NCBI GenBank assembly: GCA_963663765.2
Contig: CAXXUA010000005.1
Span: 1,088,001-1,152,000 of the forward strand
Source of the DNA: Candidatus Poribacteria bacterium
Lineage (GTDB): Bacteria; Poribacteria; WGA-4E; WGA-3G
DNA length: 64,000 bases
Direction of reading: 5' to 3'
Below are positions 21,577-31,382 of this stretch, in pieces. The notes under the pieces are model-generated. The model saw only the letters and a program-made list of their open reading frames with translations. It made no database searches and was not told the origin of the DNA. Made by a program: the position numbers and the translations under genes. Positions within the stretch are counted from its first letter, which is position 1; every line of letters starts with the position of its first letter.

Positions 21577-23640
21577 ATGAACACTAAATCATTATTGATA
21601 TTAACTATTTTATTTACATTACTTCTCTTTACATTCACCGCAGACACCTTTGCCCAAAATTCACCACACTGGCATCTACCCGAAGGAGCCGTCCTGCGGC
21701 TTGGTAAAAGCGTAATTTACAATATTGAATATTCTCCGGATGGCACGCGTTTTGCGGTGTCTAGTGCTCTCGGCATTTGGCTCTACGACGCACAAACGGG
21801 TGAGGAACTTGACCTACTCACAGGGCAAAAGGGCATCATCTTGTGGGATGATGCGGACACAGGACAACACCTGCGCCCCGCCACACACATTCTGGAGATC
21901 GCAGAGCCTGGAAGGGGCACTACTGTCGCGTTAAGTCCGGATGGAAAAACAATCGCAAGTAGCAGTGAAGATGATTTGGAAAATGGTAGATACACTATCC
22001 ATCTGTGGGATGTGGACACAGGAAAACTCATCCGCACCATTAGACAGGATCAGGACACGGGTCGCCCACTACCTATTCGATTCCTAGAATTTAGCCCGGA
22101 TGGCAAAAAACTCGCAAGCTTCTATCACTGGCACAGCATCTTCATGGGGTACATTCTGTGGGACGTGGACACAGGCAAAAGAACAATTCTCAGGGCACCG
22201 CATAGTATAACGCATGTGATATATGGGAGTGTAACATTCAGTCCAGATAGCAAAACAGTCGCAAGCGAGTATCCATATTCGGACATCTATATCTGGGATA
22301 CGAACACAGGAAAAATTCTCCACACGCTCACAGGGCGTACGGGTAGTACGGTCGATAGCGTCGAATTTAGCCCGGACGGCAAAAAAATCGCAAGCGGCGA
22401 TTCCGATGGCACCCTCAAATTTTGGGACGCAGACACGGGCGAACATATCCGCACAATCAGAGGGCATAGGAGAGATGTCAATAGCGTTGCGTTCAGCCCA
22501 GATGGAAAAAAAATCGCAAGCAGCAGTAATGACGGCACCCTCAAATTTTGGGACGCAGAAACGGGAGAACATATCCGCACAATCAGAGGGCATACAATTT
22601 TTATTGAGAGTATCGCATTCAGTCCGGATGGAAAAAAAATCGCAAGCGGCGGTTACGACGAAAACATCAGCTTGTGGGACGCAGACACAGGAGAACTGCT
22701 CCACACCCTCACTGGGCATACGGGTTCCGTCGATAGCGTTGCGTTCAGCCCAGATGGAAAAAAAATCGCAAGCGGCGGTAGGGACGACACCATCCGCTTG
22801 TGGAACGCACACACGGGCGAACATCTCCGCACAATCAGAGGGTATACGAGATATGTCAATAGCGTTGCGTTCAGCCCAGATGGAAAAAAAATCGCAAGCG
22901 GCAGTGGGGACGATACCATCCGCTTGTGGAACGCAGACACGGGCGAGCAGCTCCGCACACTCACTGGGCATACGGGTTCTGTCTATAGCGTTGCGTTCAG
23001 CCCAGATGGAAAAAAAATCGCAAGCGGCAGTGGGGGCGATACCATCCGCTTGTGGAACGCAGACACGGGCGAGCAGCTCCGCACACTCATTGGACATACG
23101 AGTTCTGTCTATAGCGTTGCGTTCAGCCCAGATGGAAAAAAAATCGCAAGCGGCAGTCGGGACGATACCATCCGCTTGTGGAACGCAGACACGGGCGAGC
23201 AGCTCCACACCCTCACTGGGTATACGAATGATGTCTATAGCGTTGCGTTCAGCCCAGATGGAAAAAAAATCGCAAGTGGCAGTGGAGACATCCGTTTGCG
23301 GGACGGTACCGTCCGCTTGTGGGACGCAGACACAGGACAACATCTCCGCACAATCACGGGGCATACGGATAATGTCAATAGCGTTGCGTTCAGCCCAGAT
23401 GGAGAAAAAATCGCAAGCGGAAGTTGGGATGGCACGGTGCTTTTGTGGGATATTACACCTTTACCACTGACTGAAGATGTAAACATGGACGGTGTTGTCA
23501 ATATTCAGGATTTGTTGATTGTGGCAAATGCGTTTGGCGAAGCGGCACCGGATCTCAACGGCGATGGGATTGTCAACATTTTAGACTTGATGATTGTTGC
23601 ACAAGCATTTGGGAATACGGTTGTTGTAACTGATGAATAG
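21577..23640 (+). CDS. Secreted WD40 beta-propeller protein 4 with C-terminal dockerin-like domain
   Basis: AAGGAG RBS then ATG 21577; signal peptide; one more 42-aa repeat than protein 1. Confidence 0.92.
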   Translation: MNTKSLLILTILFTLLLFTFTADTFAQNSPHWHLPEGAVLRLGKSVIYNIEYSPDGTRFAVSSALGIWLYDAQTGEELDLLTGQKGIILWDDADTGQHLRPATHILEIAEPGRGTTVALSPDGKTIASSSEDDLENGRYTIHLWDVDTGKLIRTIRQDQDTGRPLPIRFLEFSPDGKKLASFYHWHSIFMGYILWDVDTGKRTILRAPHSITHVIYGSVTFSPDSKTVASEYPYSDIYIWDTNTGKILHTLTGRTGSTVDSVEFSPDGKKIASGDSDGTLKFWDADTGEHIRTIRGHRRDVNSVAFSPDGKKIASSSNDGTLKFWDAETGEHIRTIRGHTIFIESIAFSPDGKKIASGGYDENISLWDADTGELLHTLTGHTGSVDSVAFSPDGKKIASGGRDDTIRLWNAHTGEHLRTIRGYTRYVNSVAFSPDGKKIASGSGDDTIRLWNADTGEQLRTLTGHTGSVYSVAFSPDGKKIASGSGGDTIRLWNADTGEQLRTLIGHTSSVYSVAFSPDGKKIASGSRDDTIRLWNADTGEQLHTLTGYTNDVYSVAFSPDGKKIASGSGDIRLRDGTVRLWDADTGQHLRTITGHTDNVNSVAFSPDGEKIASGSWDGTVLLWDITPLPLTEDVNMDGVVNIQDLLIVANAFGEAAPDLNGDGIVNILDLMIVAQAFGNTVVVTDE

Positions 23641-23877
23641 CACGTTTGATGCCACACGAAAAGTTAGTGTGGTTTCCCGACAAATACCATACACGGATTT
23701 AGCGGGAAACCGCACTTGATGTGTTATTTAACGTGCAGGTTATTTGTGACACATTCTTTAGATTGTTTGGATAGAAAACATCAAAAACACAAACTACGTG
23801 ATCCGCATGTACCGTGTCATCCGCGCATCAATCAACACGAGATGTGTAATGAAATTTCTTTGCTTACTATTACTATA

Positions 23878-24474
23878 CTATAGTTTCCTTGTTTTCGTCC
23901 AAACATTTCGGGATCCAGTTGATCAATGAGAGGTTATCAATCCCAGTCCCTATTTGATTTCAAAAGGGATCGAAAGGTCTCAAGTTACGATACCCTACCT
24001 TTGAAACCCTCATCATAACTGGACACCAACATTTTCAAGGCATCTTTGTTGTCGGAAAAAGCGATAAAAATCGTAGTTTTTGTTTCCTTTTTCTTTGAAA
24101 GGTCCGTCCAAGTTCTGTGCTACCTTTTGAGGTGTTATTTTCTCAATGCGGGTATGGGTTTGTGTGCGCTCATAGTTGGTATGATTTTCTACATTCATTG
24201 GACAAAAACAAGGTAGTTTGGACAATTTAGTCTTGTAGAAGTTGATTATTCAACAGAACGTCTATTTTTCTACGAGTTTCGTATATTTGTGAAACTGGAG
24301 AAAATGCTGCGCTCCAGCGGAGTGCTATGTTTATAGAAAACGGACTATCCATATTCTTGCGCTCCAGCGGAGTGCTATGTGCGGCTGCAACATACCGCTC
24401 CGCTGGAGCGCAAGAATGTAACTATGTGCATGCTATAAACATATCGCTCCGCTGGAGCGAAAGATTAAGCATTC
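23878..24474 (+). repeat. Repeat blocks B then A, right copies
   Basis: Direct copies of 12822-13170 and 12562-12808 in swapped order. Confidence 0.9.
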
Positions 24475-24705
24475 TAACTATAAGGGAATTGAATTTCAAA
24501 ACAATATGATGTCTCCGCGCAGCACGTTCAGGATTCTTGCACATACCGTTCCGCTGGAGCAAAGAAAGTTTCCGTTTTAGTCGTTGTGTCTTGATTTGGT
24601 AACATAAGCGGTGAACCAATTTCTTATCAATACATGTTTGAAAAAAAATGTCCAAACTATAGTAAAATTACTAATCTGTCAAAAATAAAGCAAAGCTTGC
24701 AGATT

Positions 24706-25629
24706 TTAGTTTATTGATTGCCAATTTGTAGCACGTATAATCATCTCATGATATGTATCTGCATGATGCACATCAGGATGCAAGATGTTGAACTGTCTAA
24801 ACCGCCAGAATGCTATAGCAATTGCTGCATAGTAGACATAGCAATCTAAACTGTCCCATTCAATGTCTGTCAAGGGACGTAACGTGTTATATGCATCAAA
24901 AAAACTGTGTAAAGAATTTAACTTCAACTCATGTTTATCAGTATAACAACACCCGATGATCGTCATGCCAACATCAATTAGAAATGTATCATGACATCCT
25001 TCCTCAAAGTCAAGTATCGCTACCATTTGGTCCTCATCAAAAAGGGTATTGTCTAAGAACACATCTCCGTGCAGCAGTCCTGTTGGAAGTGGTTTCTCTA
25101 ATTCAGGTACAATCCAATCAAGTTCTGATTGTAACCATATTACAAACGGATGGGTAGCAAATTCTGTAGTATGTACCTCTTTCAAAAAAGGTGTGATTTG
25201 TGCCATCCCCATCGGGAAACTTGGAAGTACATCAAGTGGTGGAATACAATGCAACTTTGCTAACGCTTCACCAATCAGTGATAATACACGCGGTGATGGT
25301 TTGGGTGTACTACCTGCTAAAAATGGATAGATCATTACGTAGTATTTTGAAGTTATATGGAGCACATCACCATTCTTCTTGATAATTGGGTACACTGTAG
25401 GGTAGGCATGTTCACGTAGATGTTCCAAGAGTGTGTTTTGTATCTGAAGTTCTTCAACACTTTTCTCATCACATATTTTCAAAAGATATACACCATCTGT
25501 TGTTGTCAATTTGTAGTTGCTGTTTCCAAATCCACCCGAAATTCCCTCACATTTGATCGGTATCCCGATTGCATAGTGTGATACTATATCCGCAAGTTCT
25601 TCAGTAGATGGGGTTGTGTATTGTGCCAT
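24706..25629 (-). CDS. thrB: Homoserine kinase type II (APH-like phosphotransferase)
   Basis: 'MAQYT', 'GISGGFGNSNY', 'LPTGLLHGDVFLDNTLF...ILDFE'. Confidence 0.8.
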   Translation of the reverse strand: MAQYTTPSTEELADIVSHYAIGIPIKCEGISGGFGNSNYKLTTTDGVYLLKICDEKSVEELQIQNTLLEHLREHAYPTVYPIIKKNGDVLHITSKYYVMIYPFLAGSTPKPSPRVLSLIGEALAKLHCIPPLDVLPSFPMGMAQITPFLKEVHTTEFATHPFVIWLQSELDWIVPELEKPLPTGLLHGDVFLDNTLFDEDQMVAILDFEEGCHDTFLIDVGMTIIGCCYTDKHELKLNSLHSFFDAYNTLRPLTDIEWDSLDCYVYYAAIAIAFWRFRQFNILHPDVHHADTYHEMIIRATNWQSIN

Positions 25630-25712
25630 GTGCAGTAATGAAGAGTATTACTATTATATTGCAAGCATACTCATGTATTTACAAAAAAAGATAATAGATC
25701 TAAAGTGTTTTA

Positions 25713-27020
25713 CTAATATTGTAGTAGATCTTCCCAATAACGTAAATGTATCTCTTTTATGTCTGTATTACGATTAAAATCTAATTGTAAATTCTTAGAA
25801 TAACTTTCAAGAAAGTTCTTGGGATTGCTTATCAAACGCAAGTAGTATTTTAACGTAGGAAGGATTCCGTTTACAATTACCTCACAACCATGCTGTGTGT
25901 GTATATTAGAAACTAATTCATCTACAGCGTCATTATTCTCCACATTTGGTTCAGCAGTAGTGAGCAGATAATAACGGCGAACAGGCATCTGTACAAACTT
26001 TTCATAAGCAACTTGGACAATTCTTGGGGAAATATGGATGTTATGTTTGATTTCAACAGCTTCAAAAAATTCTCCATTTTCATTTAAGACTTCAATATCT
26101 CCAATCCCACCAGATTTGATGTCAGATGTAGTATGACTTTTCAATGGAGCAAGAGTTTTTTCATGAAAACGTTCAATCGACATAAGCATCTCATACGCTG
26201 AATAAACTGCCAATACAGGAAGACGTGAAGCACCAGCAACACCATAACCAATTGAAAAATGCCGTCTTAATAGGTTTATTATTTTATCTATTGATATAAA
26301 CTCTGCTTGTTGTGACTTATCCAAGTCTACATTTGCGTTTTCAAATAAATCAAGATTCATCTTTGATCTATCCATCAAGTCAATCATAGCAAAAAATATA
26401 GCATAAAGATATTTTTTCGGATCAGCTTGGTTTTCTTCAATATCATTGAGAATTTGAAGAAAAGCGTTCTTCACAGATACGTTGCGAATCTTTCCGGGAA
26501 AATTAAGTGTAAATGGATGTGCTTGCTCAAGTGAACGCGTCAACCAACCACTACCTCCCTTCATGGCAAATCTCTGAAAGTTTTCTGCGATAAATGGTGT
26601 CACGTATGAAGTATCAAATCCTCTCCCTGAATATCCATCAAGCAATTCCTTCTTATGGTACCGGACATCTTGTGTAGGGGATTCAATCTTTTTCACCATA
26701 GGCGTCAATTTAAGAAAAAAGTGTTTGCATTTTCTCTTGTGGGAGGGGTTTTCAACCCCGATATGACAGAAGATGAACATAAAATCGGGGTTGAAAACCC
26801 CTCCCACAATACGTCAAAATCCTTAAATTGACGCTTATGGGGATTCAATCTTTTTCACCAAAGACGTAATCAGAACTGCGAAAACAGCCTTCTGAGATTC
26901 CGCTTTTTCGATGATTTTTTCAACCCAATTTCTTTGACTATCAGATAGTAATAGCAGAAGATTTGGCTTTGATTCTGCTAATTGATATGCATCTTCCAAT
27001 ATTGCACGTGCCTTGTTCAC
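25713..27020 (-). pseudogene. Type II restriction endonuclease interrupted by a MITE
   Basis: ORF 26835-27020 ends 'VKKIESP' and ORF 25713-26807 resumes 'VKKIESPTQD'; 'GDIEV...VEIKH' PD-(D/E)XK motif; abuts the MTase gene. Confidence 0.8.
26696..26840. mobile_element. 145-bp MITE with inverted GTGG-REP core and 17-bp target duplication
   Basis: TIRs ccataggcgtcaatttaag / cttaaattgacgcttatgg; ggattcaatctttttca at 26679-26695 and 26841-26857. Confidence 0.92.
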
Positions 27021-28090
27021 TATGTCCCCTCAAATAAATGTTGCAATGTAATCGGTGTGTTGTCAACACGTTGTCGAGCATCTTTACAGTACTCAGAATT
27101 AATTTCATAACCAATATAATGTCTACCAAGGTTCTTGCACGCAACAGCTGTTGATCCAGAACCCATAAACGGATCAAGTACTAAGGATCCCATAGGAGTC
27201 AATAGATGTAAAAATTCCTCCACTATTTCTGCTGGATAGATTGCGGGGTGTTTATTTCCTTTTAGTGTAGCAACAAGTGTCTCAATCACATCATGTGTTT
27301 CTATTAACTCATCCATCTTAATTACATCTCTTTTTAGTTTATTTCCATGTATCCGAATGATTGTAAATCCTTTATTTTTTAGTTGTGATGTACGGCCTCC
27401 CTCCTCCCCACCAAACGGCGCAGCATGGATGCCCCGAATTTTCATCCGAAAACTTTGTATTTTTCCACTCCTTACTTCTTGAATTACATCTGATAGTTCT
27501 AATCTTGCTACTAATTTCTCTTCTTTGCTTAAATCTGATTCTTCAATAAGTTTATAATATCGCTTCCCAATATTAGTTCCATTTTTTTTCTTAGGTGGCA
27601 TCGGTGAGTGGGTTTTTGCTAAGTATGCTTTGGGATTGTAAAAATATTTATCCGTTTTAACAAAATGAAAAAATGGTTCAGTACTGCTGACAAGACGCCG
27701 ACTGAACTGACGTGGCGTTGGATTTCTTTTAACCCATGTAATTTCATTAACAAGCTTAACTAACCTTGTCTCCGTTGCAGCAAGCGCGAAACGATATGGA
27801 ACTAATAGTAAATTGCTATCTATATATTTATCTCCTATATTGAATACTATATTACCATCATCTCTCACCACACGCACACATTCGCGAAAAAGTCTTAGTA
27901 ATGTGTCAATATAGTCATTGAAATGACTTTCATTCCCCATTCCTCCACCGTAATCGCGCTGTTGGAAATATGGAGGTGAGGTAATTACCAATTGAATACT
28001 ACTATCTGGTAAATGCTGGATAAGTTCCAGATTATCCCCACACAATATTTGGTCAATTGGTAAATTATCATCGGTATAGGACATACTCAT
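27020..28090 (-). CDS. Site-specific DNA methyltransferase (N4/N6, beta class)
   Basis: N-terminal 'ITSPPY', then 'HPAIYP' and C-terminal 'VLDPFMGSGST'. Confidence 0.95.
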   Translation of the reverse strand: MSMSYTDDNLPIDQILCGDNLELIQHLPDSSIQLVITSPPYFQQRDYGGGMGNESHFNDYIDTLLRLFRECVRVVRDDGNIVFNIGDKYIDSNLLLVPYRFALAATETRLVKLVNEITWVKRNPTPRQFSRRLVSSTEPFFHFVKTDKYFYNPKAYLAKTHSPMPPKKKNGTNIGKRYYKLIEESDLSKEEKLVARLELSDVIQEVRSGKIQSFRMKIRGIHAAPFGGEEGGRTSQLKNKGFTIIRIHGNKLKRDVIKMDELIETHDVIETLVATLKGNKHPAIYPAEIVEEFLHLLTPMGSLVLDPFMGSGSTAVACKNLGRHYIGYEINSEYCKDARQRVDNTPITLQHLFEGT

Positions 28091-28173
28091 ACTCCTTAAC
28101 TTCGGTTAACAACAGTATAAAATCGTAGTTTGTAATACGTGTAAGTTAGCATATGATGTAACGTGATACATTA

Positions 28174-28710
28174 CTACTTCGGTTCAGTGGGTTGAAACAA
28201 CGCTTGAAATTCAGGTTGGTCACGGACGATGTCAAAAACGGGTTCGGTAATTGCAGAGGAACGCACAGTGTCATCTATCCGAATTGCTTCTTGTAATGAT
28301 GCGATAGATCTCTCAATATCAACAATCCTTGAGATGCCCTTTACCGGGTCGGCAGCTCTATGTGAATACGCAACTGCAAGGTTATAATGTGCTTTACCGA
28401 AGTCTACATCCAGTTGTGTAGCACGTTCCCATGCTAATATTGCCTGATCCAGTTCACCCATATTCCCATAGACAGCACCGAGATTGAAATACGGAATTGC
28501 CCAACCCGGTTCATGTTGAATTGCCAATCGGAACTCAGTGGCAGCGCGAGCAAGTTCACCTTGTTTCGCATACGCCAAACCCCATTTGTAGTGAGATACT
28601 GATGCTTCATTCAGTTCTGTTGAGCCTCCATCTTTTGAATAGGGAATGCTCTTTAGACCGCAGCCGATGAGCAATGATATGATGCTGAATAATAAAATTA
28701 GTCTCATTTC
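28174..28710 (-). CDS. TPR-repeat lipoprotein
   Basis: Lipobox LLIGC; TPR motifs 'YFNLGAVY', 'AHYNLAVAY'. Confidence 0.85.
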   Translation of the reverse strand, partial: EMRLILLFSIISLLIGCGLKSIPYSKDGGSTELNEASVSHYKWGLAYAKQGELARAATEFRLAIQHEPGWAIPYFNLGAVYGNMGELDQAILAWERATQLDVDFGKAHYNLAVAYSHRAADPVKGISRIVDIERSIASLQEAIRIDDTVRSSAITEPVFDIVRDQPEFQALFQPTEPK

Positions 28711-29025
28711 TCTCTCCACATTTCTTGTAACACACTACCTAAAATTAGGTCACCTCTCGCCTGCGACACAAAAATGAAGTATTAACGATTGTTATAAAAC
28801 CTGTCCGAAATCCCAAAAACGAATTAATCCCGCACACTCATGTTTATAGTTTATCAGATTTTATGTTAGTTATTGTCAGTGTTTTTATTGTACCAGATAA
28901 TAATAGTCTAAATCAAGCAGTTTCCAAATCGTATTGCATAGAATTGTCATTATTTTAGCAAGGCGATCTGTCGTGTAACTCTAATCCGTGAAATCCGTGT
29001 AATCAGCGAAATCCGTGATTCCGTA

Positions 29026-29166
29026 CCATAGGCGGCAATTTAAGAAAAAGTGTTGGTGTTTCTCTTGTGGGAGGGGTTTGTAACCCCGATTTGAGAGGAA
29101 AAGCGCGTAAAATCGGGGTTACAAACCCCTCCCACAATGATGTATTTTGAAAATTGAACGTTTCTG
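29026..29166. mobile_element. Degenerate copy of the ccatagg MITE family
   Basis: Left TIR ccataggcggcaatttaag and gtgggaggggtttgtaacccc inverted pair; right end eroded. Confidence 0.75.
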
Positions 29167-29293
29167 TCCTATCAACTTTTTTCTATTGATGTCATTGCGT
29201 GTGTTGTGTATAATGTCCAAAGTTGTTCAAGAATCACTTCATTCCTTTGCAAAACAAACCCTTCATACATTTACCAGCAGGAGCATTGAAAGC

Positions 29294-30670
29294 ATGAACA
29301 GAAAAACTGATAAACCCAATGTCCTTTTTATTATGTCTGATCAGCATAGATACGATTACATGGAACACGCAGCGGATGCACCAGATGCGCTTAAAACCCC
29401 AAATTTACGACATTTAGCAGATTCAGGGGTGAATTTCACGCACTGCACGGTAAATGCACCTGTTTGCGCACCATCACGAATCGGTTTAGCATCTGGTATA
29501 CAACCATCACGTTTAGGTTCCCTTGGAAATGGCAGTTTTTATCCTACATCCATCCCAACATATTATCAACAACTGCGTGACCATGGATACCGTGTCGGAT
29601 GTGTAGGGAAACTTGACCTCGCCAAACCAGATGGATATAACGGACGCTACGGTGACCGACCCCGCGCTTACAACTGGGGATTCACACACCCAGAAGAATG
29701 TGAAGGAAAAATGCACGCTGGCAGATCGGCAACGCCAATTGGACCTTACACACACTATCTTGAAGAAAAAGGATTACTGCAAAAATTCCATCAAGACTAT
29801 AGGAAACGCAATTCTTCTGGCGGTTGGATAAAAAACGGATCTTATGATTCTGTTCTACCAACAGAAGACTTTGAAGATTCTTATATCGGCAGGCGCTCAA
29901 CAGAATTTATTGAGAATATACCAGATGATTTTCCATGGCACCTTTTTGTCAGTTTTGTTGGACCGCACGATCCATTCGATCCGCCGACAGAATACGGTGA
30001 TAAATATAGGAATGCCGACATGCCCAATCCTATATCAAATGACATGGAAGGCAAACCAGACTGGGTTAAAAAACGCACCGTAAATCTCACACCTGAAGAG
30101 ATTGCAATTACGCGTCGACAGTATTGCGCTGCAACTGAACTCATTGATGACCAGATTGGAAATATGTTGCATGCACTTGAAACACGCGGTATGCTTGAAA
30201 ACACTTATATAATCTATTCAAGTGACCACGGAGAAATGCTTGGAGATCATGGACTCTACACAAAGAGTCTGGCTTATGAAGCATCACTTCGCGTGCCACT
30301 TATCGTGACCGGACCTGACATAGAACCCAACCGAAGTTCCAACGAATTAGTGGAATTGAATGACATAAACCCAACTATATGCGACTTAGTTGATGTACCT
30401 GTGTTGGAAAACATTGATGGAAAATCAATCGTACCTGTGCTTCATGATGAAACACAAACACACCGCACTGAAACGGTCAGTCATCTGCAGAACTTTACTT
30501 CCATTCGCACGCAAACACATAAACTCATTGAAAGCAGAGACGGTTTTGTGGAATTGTATAACCTTGAAGACGATCCAGAAGAGTTGAACAATATTGCAGA
30601 AAAAGAACATGCTCTCGTGGCAGAATTACGTTCGCAGATGGAAAGTCGGTACGGACCATCTCTTGTGTAA
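29294..30670 (+). CDS. FGly-dependent sulfatase
   Basis: 'KPNVLFIMSDQHR', 'CAPSR', 'GPHDP', 'SSDHGEMLGDH'; ATG 29294 preferred. Confidence 0.95.
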   Translation: MNRKTDKPNVLFIMSDQHRYDYMEHAADAPDALKTPNLRHLADSGVNFTHCTVNAPVCAPSRIGLASGIQPSRLGSLGNGSFYPTSIPTYYQQLRDHGYRVGCVGKLDLAKPDGYNGRYGDRPRAYNWGFTHPEECEGKMHAGRSATPIGPYTHYLEEKGLLQKFHQDYRKRNSSGGWIKNGSYDSVLPTEDFEDSYIGRRSTEFIENIPDDFPWHLFVSFVGPHDPFDPPTEYGDKYRNADMPNPISNDMEGKPDWVKKRTVNLTPEEIAITRRQYCAATELIDDQIGNMLHALETRGMLENTYIIYSSDHGEMLGDHGLYTKSLAYEASLRVPLIVTGPDIEPNRSSNELVELNDINPTICDLVDVPVLENIDGKSIVPVLHDETQTHRTETVSHLQNFTSIRTQTHKLIESRDGFVELYNLEDDPEELNNIAEKEHALVAELRSQMESRYGPSLV

Positions 30671-30708
30671 CAGGTTGCTATGAGTTGTAACTACTCTTAA
30701 CAATACCA

Positions 30709-31356
30709 ATGATAACAGGCATAATCTTAGCTGGTGGAAAAAGCATACGGATGGGTGAGAACAAGGCATTGATGCGTCTTGGAAACGATACGCTCATCGG
30801 TCATGTAATAGAACGTGTTCGTCCTATCACCAATGAACTGCTGCTAATCACCAACTCTCCGAATGAATACGCATCTATTGGAATTACAATGCACGGTGAT
30901 ATTGTTCAGAATGCGGGTGCATTAGGAGGTATCCACGCTGGATTAACCTATGCTACACATGATACCGTCCTATGTGTTAGCTGCGACAGTCCTTTTATTG
31001 CAACTAACCTGCTTTCCTATCTTGTTTCTGCATTAGGGAAATATGATGCTGTGATGCCATATACACACCGCAATTCCAACGAGTATTCAATGACGAATCA
31101 TAAAGACCAACGACAGATAATCCTCCAAACACTTTGTGCAGCTTATTCCCAAAATTGCTTAGAAACAATTGAAGAACTGTTTAACGACTCTGATTATCGT
31201 GTACATGCACTTGCGGAACGCGCCAATGTCCTGAAAATTGCCCCTGACATCTGGCAAACTTATGATGCGGAGGGTTTGTCATTCTTTAACATCAATTCAC
31301 CCGAAGACTATGAAAAAGCAAAGGAAATTTACAAAACCTTACATGAAACAATTTAG
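30709..31356 (+). CDS. mobA: Molybdenum cofactor guanylyltransferase
   Basis: 'GIILAGGKSIRMGENKA', 'GALGGIHAGL', 'CDSPF', 'FFNINSPED'. Confidence 0.9.
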   Translation: MITGIILAGGKSIRMGENKALMRLGNDTLIGHVIERVRPITNELLLITNSPNEYASIGITMHGDIVQNAGALGGIHAGLTYATHDTVLCVSCDSPFIATNLLSYLVSALGKYDAVMPYTHRNSNEYSMTNHKDQRQIILQTLCAAYSQNCLETIEELFNDSDYRVHALAERANVLKIAPDIWQTYDAEGLSFFNINSPEDYEKAKEIYKTLHETI

Positions 31357-31382
31357 GGAACGGGCTGATCAATTCTAACATT

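Larger units (their letters stand above)
12544..24662. mobile_element. 12.1-kb non-autonomous MITE-bounded composite element carrying the WD40-dockerin gene array
   Basis: Ends CTATAGTTTGGATA / TGTCCAAACTATAG; direct repeat TAAAATTA at 12536-12543 and 24663-24670; internal repeat blocks arranged A-B-cargo-B-A. Confidence 0.8.

Noticed and set aside
15149-23470. Long antisense and off-frame ORFs (e.g. 15149-16156, 22084-23364, 22406-23470)
   Set aside because: Shadows of stop-free 126-bp WD40 repeats; only the 3' part of 15441-16580 is real coding sequence.
14648-23640. Diversity-generating retroelement acting on the WD40 genes
   Set aside because: No reverse transcriptase or non-coding template repeat in the window, and differences are not visibly adenine-specific.
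25713-26807. Intact 364-aa gene starting 'MGGVFNPDF'
   Set aside because: The N-terminus is MITE sequence; the true start is at 27020. The extended starts at 29147, 36409 and 21481 are likewise upstream non-coding sequence.
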